Source: Candidatus Aminicenantes bacterium
Lineage (GTDB): Bacteria > Acidobacteriota > Aminicenantia > S016-38
Length of the DNA: 64,000 nt
Direction of reading: 5' to 3'
Assembly: GCA_026987025.1 (NCBI GenBank)
Contig: JALSNJ010000029.1
Coordinates: 15,695 to 79,694, forward strand
Part shown: one piece after another, positions 36,794 to 46,075 of the stretch
How the letters are laid out: every line of letters starts with the position of its first letter
How positions within the stretch are numbered: the stretch's first letter is position 1
The notes under the pieces: model-generated
The model's input: the letters and a program-made list of their open reading frames with translations, nothing else
Databases searched by the model: none
Told to the model about the DNA's origin: nothing
Translations under genes and position numbers: made by a program

Positions 36794-37748
36794 CAGGGCG
36801 GAAGCCCTGGGAATCCCCGGGGGAGAGATACTTCTTGGCGAAAGGGGGAAGGTGGTGTTCTATTCCTCCTACGGTTGTAGAACCCTGCTCCCTGAACCTG
36901 AGCCATGGAAGCAGGACCTTTACCTGGACCTGGCCTCCATAACCAAGCCCATGGTTACCGCCCACATAGTTCTCTGGCTTTACCAGAGGGGGGAGCTTTC
37001 CCTGCAGGACAGCATTAGAAAGTTCCTGCCGGAGGCACCCTGGGACCTCACGCTGCTGGAACTGGGAACCCACACCTCCGGTCTTCCATCCTGGGTTCCC
37101 CTTTATGGAAAAGGCCCTGGCCGGGACAGGATGAAGGAGGTTCTTTTCTCCCTGAAGCCCGAAGGGAGGGGGGAAGTTAAATATTCCTGTATGGGGTATT
37201 TTCTTCTCGGGATGGTGGTGGAGAGGATAACCGGGAGGAGGCTGGGAGATTTTGCCGAAGAGTTCTTCAGGGGCAGGGATTTTGACATCAGAATGGGAAG
37301 GGCCTTCCCGGCGGTCCCCACTGAAAAAGGGAACCTTTACGAGAGGTCAAGGGCTCCGCAGGCCCGGGTGAGATTCAGGGATTACCTCATAGAAGGGGAG
37401 GTTCACGATGGAAACTCCTTTTATTGGGGAGGGGATGGAGGGAACGCCGGGGCCTTCTCCAGGGCCAAGGAAGTATTAAAGTATCCCTTAGTTTTTGAGG
37501 AGCTCGGGCAGGGCAAAAGCTTCGCTGAAACCGAATTGAAGGGTGGAAGGAGCTTCGGCTGGGAAACCAGGGGGAAGGTTCTCCTCCACCACGGATTTAC
37601 CGGCGCCACCCTGTTATTTCATCCGGAAAACAAAAGAGCGGCCTTTTTGTACCTGAGCAGGACCCATCCCCATGTAAGGCTTCAGGAAGTTCAGGAACCC
37701 CGGACCCTGTTTCTTCGGGCTGCCCTTCCTTTCCTGAAGGGAAAATGA
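36774..37748 (+). CDS. Serine hydrolase, beta-lactamase/PBP-like family
   Basis: DLASITK (SxxK), THTSGL, KYSC, GEVHD.N, GNAGAFS, HHGFTG. Confidence 0.85.
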   Translation: MLKEVLSRAEALGIPGGEILLGERGKVVFYSSYGCRTLLPEPEPWKQDLYLDLASITKPMVTAHIVLWLYQRGELSLQDSIRKFLPEAPWDLTLLELGTHTSGLPSWVPLYGKGPGRDRMKEVLFSLKPEGRGEVKYSCMGYFLLGMVVERITGRRLGDFAEEFFRGRDFDIRMGRAFPAVPTEKGNLYERSRAPQARVRFRDYLIEGEVHDGNSFYWGGDGGNAGAFSRAKEVLKYPLVFEELGQGKSFAETELKGGRSFGWETRGKVLLHHGFTGATLLFHPENKRAAFLYLSRTHPHVRLQEVQEPRTLFLRAALPFLKGK

Positions 37749-37781
37749 GCGGAAGAGTCCTTGAATATATTGGGGTTTCTG

Positions 37782-37810
37782 TTGAAAAAGGCCCCTCTTG
37801 TATCTATAAT
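37782..37810 (+). promoter_or_regulatory. Sigma70 promoter TTGAAA-17-TATAAT for the HU gene
   Basis: Near-consensus boxes with a 17-nt spacer. Confidence 0.75.
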
Positions 37811-37842
37811 ACAGATTAGAAAATCCTTTAGGAGGTGAAGGT

Positions 37843-38106
37843 ATGGAAAAGATTTACAAGGAGATCGCCAAGGAGCTGGGAATAAGCCAGGAAAAGGCTA
37901 AAAAAGCCGTAAAGCTCTTCCTGGAGAAGGCCGGAGAAGTGGCAGCCAGGGGGCAGAAGGTTATAGTTCCCGGCTACATTTCCATCAGCAAGGTGAAAAG
38001 GGCGGCCAGGACGGGAATCAATCCTAGGACCAAGGAAAAGATTAAGATACCTGCCAAGGAGGTTTTGAAGGCCAAGCTCGGAAAGAAAATTCAGGAAAAG
38101 CTCTGA
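37843..38106 (+). CDS. hup: HU-family DNA-binding protein (divergent)
   Basis: RAARTGINPRTKEKIKIPAK arm; 87 aa, basic; SD GGAGGT. Confidence 0.88.
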   Translation: MEKIYKEIAKELGISQEKAKKAVKLFLEKAGEVAARGQKVIVPGYISISKVKRAARTGINPRTKEKIKIPAKEVLKAKLGKKIQEKL

Positions 38107-38117
38107 AGGAAGGCCCT

Positions 38118-38155
38118 TCCCCCTTTCCCTGAGGGAAAGGGGGGTTTTTGTTTTT
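38118..38155 (+). terminator. Rho-independent terminator after hup
   Basis: TCCCCCTTTCCC-TGA-GGGAAAGGGGGG hairpin followed by TTTTTGTTTTT. Confidence 0.85.
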
Positions 38156-38165
38156 CGCTTGAAAA

Positions 38166-39059
38166 ATGAAAAGATTAACCCTGGTAAGGGAAAGCCGGCG
38201 GCCTTTAAACATAAGAAAACTTCTTGAGAGGTCCTATTTTGCCAGGGAGATTGAAGGGAAAAGGGAGGTGGGGGTGGTGGTGAGCCTACTCAGTTTTCGC
38301 GGGAAGTACGAGATGACCAATGTGGAGGCCGCCGCGGAGCTTACCCGATTCATAAAGGAGGTTTCCCCTTCTACTAAGGTCATTATTGCCGGGGCCAGCT
38401 ACGAGGCTTATCGTGAAGGGAAGAATACGGAGGAGGCTTTTAAGAGGTTAAAATACGCCTTGGCCAAAAGGGAAGGGGCTGAACTTTTACCTTTGGAAAA
38501 GGGGGATTATCAGGAGGTGGAGGCCGAGACGGTTAACGGGCCGAAAAAGATCAGGGTTTCTACCTTCAGGCCTTCCCTCCTCGTCTCCTTTACCCCTCCC
38601 AAGACCCATCCCATTTTGATTCTTTCCGCCACCCTGGACAACCTGGCCTTTGAAATGACCCATCCGGCGGATAGACAATTTCTTTACGGGGGGAAACTAT
38701 GGCCTGAGGACCCCCGGCCTTACTACAGGCTGGCGGCCAGAAACATAGCCAGGGTGGTATCCCTTCTAAAACCCGATGTGGGAATAGTGGATGGTCTTTT
38801 CGCCGTGGAAGGGAGGGGGCCCCTTCAGGGCAGTCCTGTTTTTCATCAGCTTGCCCTCATTTCCCCTGACCTGGTTCTGGTGGACTCCTTAGCGGCGGCC
38901 TTAGCCGGGGTGGACCCGAAGAAGCTTTATTACCTGAAGTACGCCGAAGAAAGGGGGCTGGGCAGTACCGATTACGGGAAGACGATTCCCAAGGAAAGGG
39001 TCCGCCAGTTCAGGTTCCCCTACAGACTTCATCCAGCCTCCCAGCTCCTTCTTCAATGA
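38166..39059 (+). CDS. DUF362-like protein (divergent)
   Basis: PKTH, IVDGLFAVEGRGPLQG.P, D.V.VD. Confidence 0.7.
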   Translation: MKRLTLVRESRRPLNIRKLLERSYFAREIEGKREVGVVVSLLSFRGKYEMTNVEAAAELTRFIKEVSPSTKVIIAGASYEAYREGKNTEEAFKRLKYALAKREGAELLPLEKGDYQEVEAETVNGPKKIRVSTFRPSLLVSFTPPKTHPILILSATLDNLAFEMTHPADRQFLYGGKLWPEDPRPYYRLAARNIARVVSLLKPDVGIVDGLFAVEGRGPLQGSPVFHQLALISPDLVLVDSLAAALAGVDPKKLYYLKYAEERGLGSTDYGKTIPKERVRQFRFPYRLHPASQLLLQ

Positions 39060-40149
39060 GGGTTAGTATGGCCTTAGCGGCCAAGCGGGAGGCAGGGGTG
39101 GAGGGAAACATTTTCCTTATCTCCTCCAGGTCCTTTTTAATCCGGTCTTTGTAATTTCCCTCCCTCAGTATTTTCTCGGTCTCCTGAAGGAGGTTCTCCA
39201 CGGTGAACTTTCTCTGAAAGAACTCCCTCACTATTTCCCTTCCAGCCAGGATGTTGACTATGGAGTACCTTTCCAGTTTTACCAGGGGTTTCACCACAGC
39301 GTAGGTGAAGGCAGGAAGACGGTAGAAGACCAGGAATGGGGTGAGCAAAAAAGCGGTTTCCAGGGTTGCGGTGCCCGAAGCGGAGAGGACGGCCCGGGCG
39401 TAGGCCATGGAGGAGTAGCGATGTTTTTCCACGGTTATTATCCCTTCCAGGGGGTATTCCCTCAATTTTTCCTTAGTGGTGGGGGCCACCGCCAGAAGGA
39501 CCTTTACCCCAGGGTTCCTTTCCCTGAAAGCCCTTGTGAATTGCAAGAGCACCGGCATGTGGTTCTTTATTTCCATGGGCCTGCTCCCGGGAAGAAGGGT
39601 GATAAAGTTCTCCACCCCGTAAATTCTTGAAAATTCCTCCCTGGATATCTCCGGTCTCACCCTTTCCATCCCCGGATGCCCTACAAAGCAGTGGGGGATA
39701 TCCCATTCTCTGTAAATTTCCCTTTCAAAGGGGTAAATAAGGAGTTCCAGGTCCACCAGTTTCTTCACCTTTTTTATCCTTCCCGGCCTCCAGGCCCATA
39801 CGGTGGGGCTGACATAGTGAACCACGGGGATATTTGCCCGTTTCTTAACCATCCTTGCCAGCATGAAGTGAAAATCAGGAAGGTCTATGAGGACCAAGGC
39901 GGCGGGCTTTCTGCGGAGTATCTCCCGGGTTAGGGCCTTCAGCAATCTTCTTATTTTCAGGAGATGGGGGGCCAGCTCAAAAACCCCGGCCCACTGAATC
40001 TCCTCCATGGGGTAAACAATTTCCAGCCCCTGACGCTTCAGATTCTCCCCTCCTATTCCGAAGGCAGGAAGCCGAAGCTCCTTGAGCAGGGAGGCACCCC
40101 ACAGGTCAGCGGAATACTCGCCGGCGGAAAGGAAGATTATTTTTTCCAA
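39010..40149 (-). CDS. lpxB: Lipid-A-disaccharide synthase
   Basis: SAGEYSAD, IDLPDF, YVSPTVWAWR, FVGHP, LLPGSR, SGTATLE; probable TTG start 40149 overlapping the upstream gene. Confidence 0.93.
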   Translation of the reverse strand: MEKIIFLSAGEYSADLWGASLLKELRLPAFGIGGENLKRQGLEIVYPMEEIQWAGVFELAPHLLKIRRLLKALTREILRRKPAALVLIDLPDFHFMLARMVKKRANIPVVHYVSPTVWAWRPGRIKKVKKLVDLELLIYPFEREIYREWDIPHCFVGHPGMERVRPEISREEFSRIYGVENFITLLPGSRPMEIKNHMPVLLQFTRAFRERNPGVKVLLAVAPTTKEKLREYPLEGIITVEKHRYSSMAYARAVLSASGTATLETAFLLTPFLVFYRLPAFTYAVVKPLVKLERYSIVNILAGREIVREFFQRKFTVENLLQETEKILREGNYKDRIKKDLEEIRKMFPSTPASRLAAKAILTLIEEGAGRLDEVCRGT

Positions 40150-40619
40150 TATTTTTTCCGCAGTTTTTTGTCGGTGAACTTGATTATAAAAAGCCAATCC
40201 TCGTATTGGGTGTGTCCCTCGTAGGAAATTACCGCCTCCCCGGTGGCCCTGGGGGCTACCCCTATGAGGGCCGGGCGGGGAAACTCTCCTGCCTCTTCCT
40301 CCTTTACGAGGTATACGAAATCCGGATTGGGAACCTGGGGCAGCATTACCAGATACCAGTTTCCCTTGGAAAGGGGGTCCCGCCATTTTCTCCTCAGCAA
40401 TTTTTCCTTTACCAGCTCGTCCAGGTTCTTCGGAAGTTTTCCCGGGTGTTTTTTAATGTACCTGCCTATGGCCTCCACTATGCGGGTTCCCCGGAATATG
40501 GCCTCCTTTTCCAGGTTTCTTTTTATCTGGGTCTCCCAGACCGGGATGGCCACCATCAGGGACAGGTTCACTAAAAAAAGGACGAAAATTATGGTCAGGA
40601 AGGTGTAGCCTCTCTGCAT
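40137..40619 (-). CDS. Type II secretion pseudopilin-like protein (no Glu at +5)
   Basis: MQRG|YTFLT followed by a hydrophobic helix; LRRKWRDP; TGATG coupling. Confidence 0.8.
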   Translation of the reverse strand: MQRGYTFLTIIFVLFLVNLSLMVAIPVWETQIKRNLEKEAIFRGTRIVEAIGRYIKKHPGKLPKNLDELVKEKLLRRKWRDPLSKGNWYLVMLPQVPNPDFVYLVKEEEAGEFPRPALIGVAPRATGEAVISYEGHTQYEDWLFIIKFTDKKLRKKYWKK

Positions 40620-41026
40620 CACCACTGATTGTAGGGGGTTCCTTCGGTGGAAATTTTGTCGGAACCCGATTTCACATCCACTATTCCGGGTATTTTTCCC
40701 TCGGCCAGCTCCTCCAGGGAGAGCTCCTCCTGGACCTCCACCCATGTTTCTGAGGAACCTGTAATGGGGTCTACCGGGATGGCCCTCAAATACTTTTCCT
40801 CCACCAGCTCCTGAAGGGAGCGGGGATATCTTCCTTTGTCCAGCTTAAACTGCTGAATAAGCTTCCTCATTTGAAAGAGGTCCTCCCTGAGGGCAGCTTC
40901 CTTGGCCTTCTTTACGGAGTTGTAGTAGTTCGGTATGGCTATGGCAGCCAGAATACCTATTATGGTCATCACCACCAGAAGCTCCAAGAGGGTAAATCCC
41001 CTACCATTTCCGGTACGGTATCCCAT
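40619..41026 (-). CDS. GspG-like pseudopilin
   Basis: RG|FTLLELLVV, KEAALREDL, YP.SL.ELV, IPVDPIT. Confidence 0.9.
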   Translation of the reverse strand: MGYRTGNGRGFTLLELLVVMTIIGILAAIAIPNYYNSVKKAKEAALREDLFQMRKLIQQFKLDKGRYPRSLQELVEEKYLRAIPVDPITGSSETWVEVQEELSLEELAEGKIPGIVDVKSGSDKISTEGTPYNQW

Positions 41027-41459
41027 TTAGCCCCACCTCCAGGGACCTGGTGTAGACATCGTAGACATTCTGTCCCCCCCAGGTCTCAGAGTCCGGCTCG
41101 TCCTGGTAAGACCTGAGGCCCCAATCAAAGGATTCCGTCATGGGGTCCCAGGGTATTCTTCTGAGGAATTTAATTTTTAGGCCCTTCTTGTCCGTGGCCT
41201 CCACCCCTTCCACCAGGGTTTCCAGGGTGGGGGGATAACCCAGGGTGGTTAAGGGGTTCTCCACCTTTATTTTTTTTGCGTCCGCCAGTTTTTTGTATTC
41301 GTCTATGGCGGTCCTTATGGTCCTTAAAGCATACATAAGCTCAATTTCCTTTTTCTTCTTAACCACCGTATAGGAAAGGGGAATTACTGCCATGGCCAGG
41401 ACCGAGAGGATGGCAGCCACGGCAATGAGCTCTACATAGGTAAAACCTTTATCTTTCAT
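41001..41459 (-). CDS. GspG-like pseudopilin
   Basis: KG|FTYVELI, GYPPTLETLVEG, FLRRIPWDPMT; start ATG 41459 overlaps the pnp end. Confidence 0.88.
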   Translation of the reverse strand: MKDKGFTYVELIAVAAILSVLAMAVIPLSYTVVKKKKEIELMYALRTIRTAIDEYKKLADAKKIKVENPLTTLGYPPTLETLVEGVEATDKKGLKIKFLRRIPWDPMTESFDWGLRSYQDEPDSETWGGQNVYDVYTRSLEVGLNGIPYRKW

Positions 41460-43617
41460 TTCTCCTGGGGGGTCTTCTTCTATTGTGCCCCCGGCGGCGG
41501 TTTTCCCTGTGGTGGTGCCTTCTTTCTTCCTCCTCCCCTTCCTCAATTTCCTCCAGGACCTTCTTGGAAAGCTTTATCCTGTCGTATTCGTCCTTGGCGA
41601 TTACCTTAACCACCACTTCCTGGCCTTCCCGCAGCACATCCCTGACGCTTCTTATCCTGCGGTGGGAGATTTCGGAAATATGCAGAAGGCCAATGACATT
41701 GGGGAGAATCTCTATGAAGGCCCCGTAGTCCTCTATTCTCACCACCTTTCCTATGTATATTTTCCCCACCTCTGCGCTCTGGGTAACTTCCTCCACCGCC
41801 TTCCTGGCCGCCTCTGCCTCCTCCATGGTTTCGGCGGCTATGGTAACGCTTCCGTCCTGCTCTATGTTAATCTTGGCCCCGGTCCTCTCTATTATTCCCT
41901 TTATGGTGCGGCCTGCAGGCCCTATGAGGTCCTTTATTTTAGCAGGGTTTATCTGCAGGGTGATTATCCTGGGGGCATACTGAGATATGGATTTTCTGGG
42001 CTGAGGCAGAACATCCAGCATCTTCTCCAGAACATAAAGCCGGGCCTCCTTTGCCTGATGAAGGGCTTTGCTCAGAACCTCGTAGGAAACCTTTTTGATT
42101 TTTATGTCCATCTGAAGGGCTGTTATTCCTTCCTTGGAGCCTGCCACCTTAAAATCCATGTCCCCATAGTGGTCCTCCAGGCCAGCTATGTCCGTGAGGA
42201 TGGCGTATTTTTCGTCGCTCTCGTAGATTAACCCCATGGCTATTCCGGCCACCGGATACCTGAGGGGAACCCCGGCGTCCATCAGGGAAAGGCATCCCCC
42301 GCAGACCGTGGCCATGGAGGAAGATCCGTTGGATTCCAGAATATCGGAAACCACCCTTATGGTGTAAGGAAATTCCTCCTCCGGTGGTATGGCCGGCCTT
42401 AAAGCCCTCTCGGCTAAGGCCCCGTGGCCTATCTCCCTCCTGGAGGGAGCCCTCAACGGGGAAACTTCACCGACGGAGAAGGGAGGGAAATTGTAGTGGA
42501 GCATGAACCTCTTGAAATCTTCCCCCTGGAGAAGGTCCAGGCGCTGGATGTCCTCAAAGGTCCCCAGGGTGGTGGTTACCAATGCCTGGGTCTCCCCCCT
42601 CTGGAAAAGGGCGGAGCCGTGGGCCCTGGGAAGGATTCCCACCTCTATGTGCAGGGGTCTTACTTCGTTGAAGGCCCTTCCGTCGGGCCTCTTTCTTTCC
42701 TCTAAGACCTGCCTGCGGAAGATTCTCTTTTTTACCTCATCAAAAAGCTTTCCCTGAAGTTCCTGTTCTTCCTCCGGGAATTCCTCCAGGAATTTCTCCT
42801 TGAGCTCGGATATGGCCTTTTCCTTGTTTAATTTTCCCTCAACATTTATGGCCTGCTTCAGCTCTCTTCCTATCCTTTCCTCCACCTCCTTCAGGGCATC
42901 CTCCGGAAGGACCTCCTCCTGGAAGTCCATCTTCTCCTTCCCGAACTTACCCGTTAGTTCTTCCACAGTATCCACTATCTTTTTTATCTCGCTGTGGGCT
43001 ACCTGGAAGGCATCAACCAAGAAGTCCTCGGAGACCTGGCTGGCTCCGGCCTCCACCATGACTATACCGTCCCTGGAGCCCGCCACCACCAGATTCAGGG
43101 TTGAGTTTTCCAGCTGGGAATTGGTGGGGTTTACGACGAAGTTCCCGTCTATGTAGCCCACCCTCACCGCTGCTATGGGTATTCTGTAAGGTATATCAGA
43201 AAGCATCAGGGAGGCGGAGGCCCCTATGATCCCCAGGATATCGGGCTCGTTCTCCCTGTCATAGCTGAGGAGGGAAACCACTATCTGGGTGTCGTAGTGA
43301 TAGCCCGCCGGGAAGAGGGGTCTTATGGGGCGGTCTATGAGACGGCTCGTGGTGACCTCCCTTTCCGTGGGTTTTCCTTCCCTTTTAAAGAATCCCCCCG
43401 GTATTTTACCCGCGGCATATGTGTTCTCCCTGTAGTCCACCAGGAGGGGAAGAAAATCCACCCCTTCCCTCTCCTTTTTGGAGGAGGTGGCAGTAACCAG
43501 AACCATGGTATCCCCGTATTTCACCACCACCGCCCCGTTGGCCTGTTTTGCCAATTTCCCGGTGGAAATGCTAAGGCGTCGGCCCCCTACCTCAATCTCT
43601 ATTTTTCCTTCCTGCAT
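41449..43617 (-). CDS. pnp: Polyribonucleotide nucleotidyltransferase
   Basis: DFLPL.VDY, RLIDRPIRPLF, RREIGHG, SNGSSSMA, GDMDFKVAG, KH and S1 domains. Confidence 0.97.
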   Translation of the reverse strand: MQEGKIEIEVGGRRLSISTGKLAKQANGAVVVKYGDTMVLVTATSSKKEREGVDFLPLLVDYRENTYAAGKIPGGFFKREGKPTEREVTTSRLIDRPIRPLFPAGYHYDTQIVVSLLSYDRENEPDILGIIGASASLMLSDIPYRIPIAAVRVGYIDGNFVVNPTNSQLENSTLNLVVAGSRDGIVMVEAGASQVSEDFLVDAFQVAHSEIKKIVDTVEELTGKFGKEKMDFQEEVLPEDALKEVEERIGRELKQAINVEGKLNKEKAISELKEKFLEEFPEEEQELQGKLFDEVKKRIFRRQVLEERKRPDGRAFNEVRPLHIEVGILPRAHGSALFQRGETQALVTTTLGTFEDIQRLDLLQGEDFKRFMLHYNFPPFSVGEVSPLRAPSRREIGHGALAERALRPAIPPEEEFPYTIRVVSDILESNGSSSMATVCGGCLSLMDAGVPLRYPVAGIAMGLIYESDEKYAILTDIAGLEDHYGDMDFKVAGSKEGITALQMDIKIKKVSYEVLSKALHQAKEARLYVLEKMLDVLPQPRKSISQYAPRIITLQINPAKIKDLIGPAGRTIKGIIERTGAKINIEQDGSVTIAAETMEEAEAARKAVEEVTQSAEVGKIYIGKVVRIEDYGAFIEILPNVIGLLHISEISHRRIRSVRDVLREGQEVVVKVIAKDEYDRIKLSKKVLEEIEEGEEEERRHHHRENRRRGHNRRRPPRRNER

Positions 43618-43621
43618 AATC

Positions 43622-43891
43622 TCACTTCCTCAGCCCCAGTTTTTTAATTACTTCCCTGTAGCGGTTAAAATCGGTTTTCTTCAGGTAGTTGAGAAGACGC
43701 CGTCTCTGTCCTATGAGCATCATCATTCCCCTTCTGGAGTGGTAGTCCTTCTTATGAATCTTAAAGTGCTCGGTGAGCCTCTTTATCCTCTCGGTGAGCA
43801 GGGCAATCTGAACTTCAGGGGAGCCGGAATCCTTCTCGTGGAGTTGAAATTCCTTGATGATCCTCTGCTTTTCTTCCTTGGTCAGAGCCAA
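43622..43891 (-). CDS. rpsO: 30S ribosomal protein S15 (TTG start)
   Basis: [28 protein letters not shown]. Confidence 0.97.
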   Translation of the reverse strand: MALTKEEKQRIIKEFQLHEKDSGSPEVQIALLTERIKRLTEHFKIHKKDYHSRRGMMMLIGQRRRLLNYLKKTDFNRYREVIKKLGLRK

Positions 43892-43921
43892 TTTTTCCCT
43901 CCTTTGAAAAGTTTACTCTTA

Positions 43922-43950
43922 ATTATAAAATAAATCTATCCCCTTTGCAA
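43922..43950 (-). promoter_or_regulatory. Sigma70 promoter TTGCAA-17-TATAAT for rpsO-pnp; overlaps a divergent TTGAAA-16-TAAAAT promoter for the S9 peptidase
   Basis: Boxes and spacers read directly from the sequence. Confidence 0.7.
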
Positions 43951-43968
43951 CGGGGAAAGGAGGTGGTC

Positions 43969-45945
43969 ATGAAAAGAGCTGCCGTTTTCCTTCTACTGCT
44001 TCTGGCGGGCCCCGGATTTTCCAGAGCCCTGAAGTTTGAGGATTTCATCAAGGTTTCTCAGATAAGGGAGCTTCAGGTTTCCCCGGATGGGGAAACCCTG
44101 GCTTTTGTGGTCTCCACCCCGTCCCTGAAGGAAAACCGCAACCTTTCCTTTATTTACCTCATGGACCTTAAGAGCGGGAAATACTGGAGGGCGACCTTTT
44201 CCGGCGAGGACTTTTCCCCGAGGTTTACCCCGGAGGGGGACCTGGCCTTCCTTTCAGCCAGGGACGGGAAAGTGAAAATATACCTTCTTCCCCGCCGGGG
44301 AGGGGAAGCTAAGGTTCTTCTTGAATTCGCTGCCGACATTACGGATTTTCGCTTCTCTGCGGACGGAAAATACATATTGTTTTCCTCCGATGTGCTGCCG
44401 GATTATAAGGATTTTGAGGACCTGAAGAAAAAGCTGGAGGAGAAGGGAAGACGGAGGTGGTTCTCCACAGAAAAATTGTTTTACCGGGTGTGGAACCGAT
44501 GGAGGGAGGGGGTTTACTCCCACATTTTCCTGGCCACCAGGGACGGTCAGGTGGTTAAGGACCTCATGAGGGGATTGAAGAAGGATTGCCCTCCTCTGGA
44601 TCTGGGAACTTCCCACGATTTTATCTTTGCCAACGGTGGGGTCTATTTCGTTATGAACCCGGACCCGGAACCTGCCCTTTCCACCAACAACGATGTATTT
44701 TTCTACGACCTTAAATCCTCATCCCTCAGGAGGGTTACCCGGGGGAGGGGAAACGATGCGGGCCCCGTAATCACTCCCCATGGGCTGGCTTGGCTGAAAA
44801 TGCGCCGTCCCGGGTACGAATCCGACCAGACGGAGATTTACATAAAAACAGAAAGGGGGGAAAGGAATCTGACCGCATCCCTGGACCGCCACATTGTGGA
44901 TTTCCTCTGGGGAGACGGCAAGTTCTACTTTACCGCCTACGACCGGGGATATCATCCCATCTATTCCGTGGACCTTCAGGGGCATGTGAGGAAGGTCCTT
45001 GAGGGGGTTTATGCCAAGGGCCTTGTTTATTCTAAGGGAAAGCTGTTTTTCACCAACGAGGCGGTGAACAGGCCCCAGGAGGTTTATTCCCTGGACCTCT
45101 CCTCCGGGAGGCTCAAAAAGCTCACCTCCATAAACTCCCAGGCCATAAAGGAAGTGCAGATGAATCCCCTGGAAAGCTTCTGGTTCCGGGGGGCAGAGGG
45201 CGACAGGGTCCAGGGATTTCTGGTGAAGCCTCCGGGTTTTGACCCCAACAAAAAATACCCTGCCATAATGCTCATCCACGGAGGGCCCCAGGGGATGTGG
45301 GGCGATGACTTTCACCCGCGATGGAACATATCCATGTTCGCCTCCCCCGGATATGTGGTGGTGATGGTAAACTTCCACGGCTCCAAGGGATACGGGATGA
45401 AATTCACCGACAGCATCAACAGGGATTGGGGAGGAAAGCCCTACAGGGACATAATCCTCGGCATGCAGTACGCCCTGGAGAAATTTCCCTTCATTGACCC
45501 CAGAAGGGTGGGGGCTGCGGGGGCTTCCTACGGAGGCTACATGATAGACTGGATAGAGGGCCACAATCCCGGCATATTCAAGGTTCTGGTTTCCCACGCC
45601 GGAGTTTACGACCTTCCCAGCATGTACGGAGCCACCGAGGAGCTCTGGTTTCCCCGCTGGGAGTTCGGAGGTGCTCCCTGGGAGGCAGCGGATATCTACA
45701 AAAAATGGTCCCCCTCCTCCTATGTTAAAAATTTCAAGACCCCCTGCTTAGTAATAACAGGGGAACACGACTACAGGGTGCCGTATACCCAGTCCCTTCA
45801 GTTTTTTACCGCACTACGGGAAAGGGGGGTGGAGGCTAAGTTGCTCTTCTTCCACGACGAGTATCACTTCGTGGTTAAGCCCAAAAACAGGCAGGTCTGG
45901 TGGAGGGAGGTCATCTCCTGGTTTGACCGATATTTGAAAAGATAA
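43969..45945 (+). CDS. Secreted S9-family prolyl oligopeptidase / dipeptidyl peptidase
   Basis: Signal peptide, beta-propeller repeats, IHGGPQ, GASYGG, DYRVP, DEYH; SD AGGAGGT. Confidence 0.93.
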   Translation: MKRAAVFLLLLLAGPGFSRALKFEDFIKVSQIRELQVSPDGETLAFVVSTPSLKENRNLSFIYLMDLKSGKYWRATFSGEDFSPRFTPEGDLAFLSARDGKVKIYLLPRRGGEAKVLLEFAADITDFRFSADGKYILFSSDVLPDYKDFEDLKKKLEEKGRRRWFSTEKLFYRVWNRWREGVYSHIFLATRDGQVVKDLMRGLKKDCPPLDLGTSHDFIFANGGVYFVMNPDPEPALSTNNDVFFYDLKSSSLRRVTRGRGNDAGPVITPHGLAWLKMRRPGYESDQTEIYIKTERGERNLTASLDRHIVDFLWGDGKFYFTAYDRGYHPIYSVDLQGHVRKVLEGVYAKGLVYSKGKLFFTNEAVNRPQEVYSLDLSSGRLKKLTSINSQAIKEVQMNPLESFWFRGAEGDRVQGFLVKPPGFDPNKKYPAIMLIHGGPQGMWGDDFHPRWNISMFASPGYVVVMVNFHGSKGYGMKFTDSINRDWGGKPYRDIILGMQYALEKFPFIDPRRVGAAGASYGGYMIDWIEGHNPGIFKVLVSHAGVYDLPSMYGATEELWFPRWEFGGAPWEAADIYKKWSPSSYVKNFKTPCLVITGEHDYRVPYTQSLQFFTALRERGVEAKLLFFHDEYHFVVKPKNRQVWWREVISWFDRYLKR

Positions 45946-45980
45946 CTTCAATATTTTGAATTGTGGTATAATATAAGGGT

Positions 45981-46066
45981 GCCGAAGTGGCGGAATTGGC
46001 AGACGCGCTAGATTCAGGATCTAGTGGGCGTTGCCCGTAGGGGTTCGAGTCCCCTCTTCGGCACCA
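45981..46066 (+). tRNA. tRNA-Leu(CAG), CCA encoded
   Basis: GCCGAAGTGGCGGAATTGGCAGACGCGCTAGATTCAGGATCTAGTGGGCGTTGCCCGTAGGGGTTCGAGTCCCCTCTTCGGCACCA; long variable arm; TGGTATAAT ends 8 nt upstream. Confidence 0.96.
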
Positions 46067-46075
46067 ATTTTTATT

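Noticed and set aside
36774-37748. Antibiotic-resistance beta-lactamase
   Set aside because: No signal peptide, and the motifs fit the broad serine hydrolase family rather than true class A or C enzymes
40150-40386. Long N-terminal extension of lpxB (also the extended pilin ORFs to 40745 and 41546, and folP to 21054)
   Set aside because: They overlap upstream genes in other frames; family motifs begin at the coupled downstream starts
45981-46066. tRNAs as integration sites for an island or prophage
   Set aside because: No integrase, no duplicated tRNA 3' end and no compositional shift; the flanking genes are housekeeping
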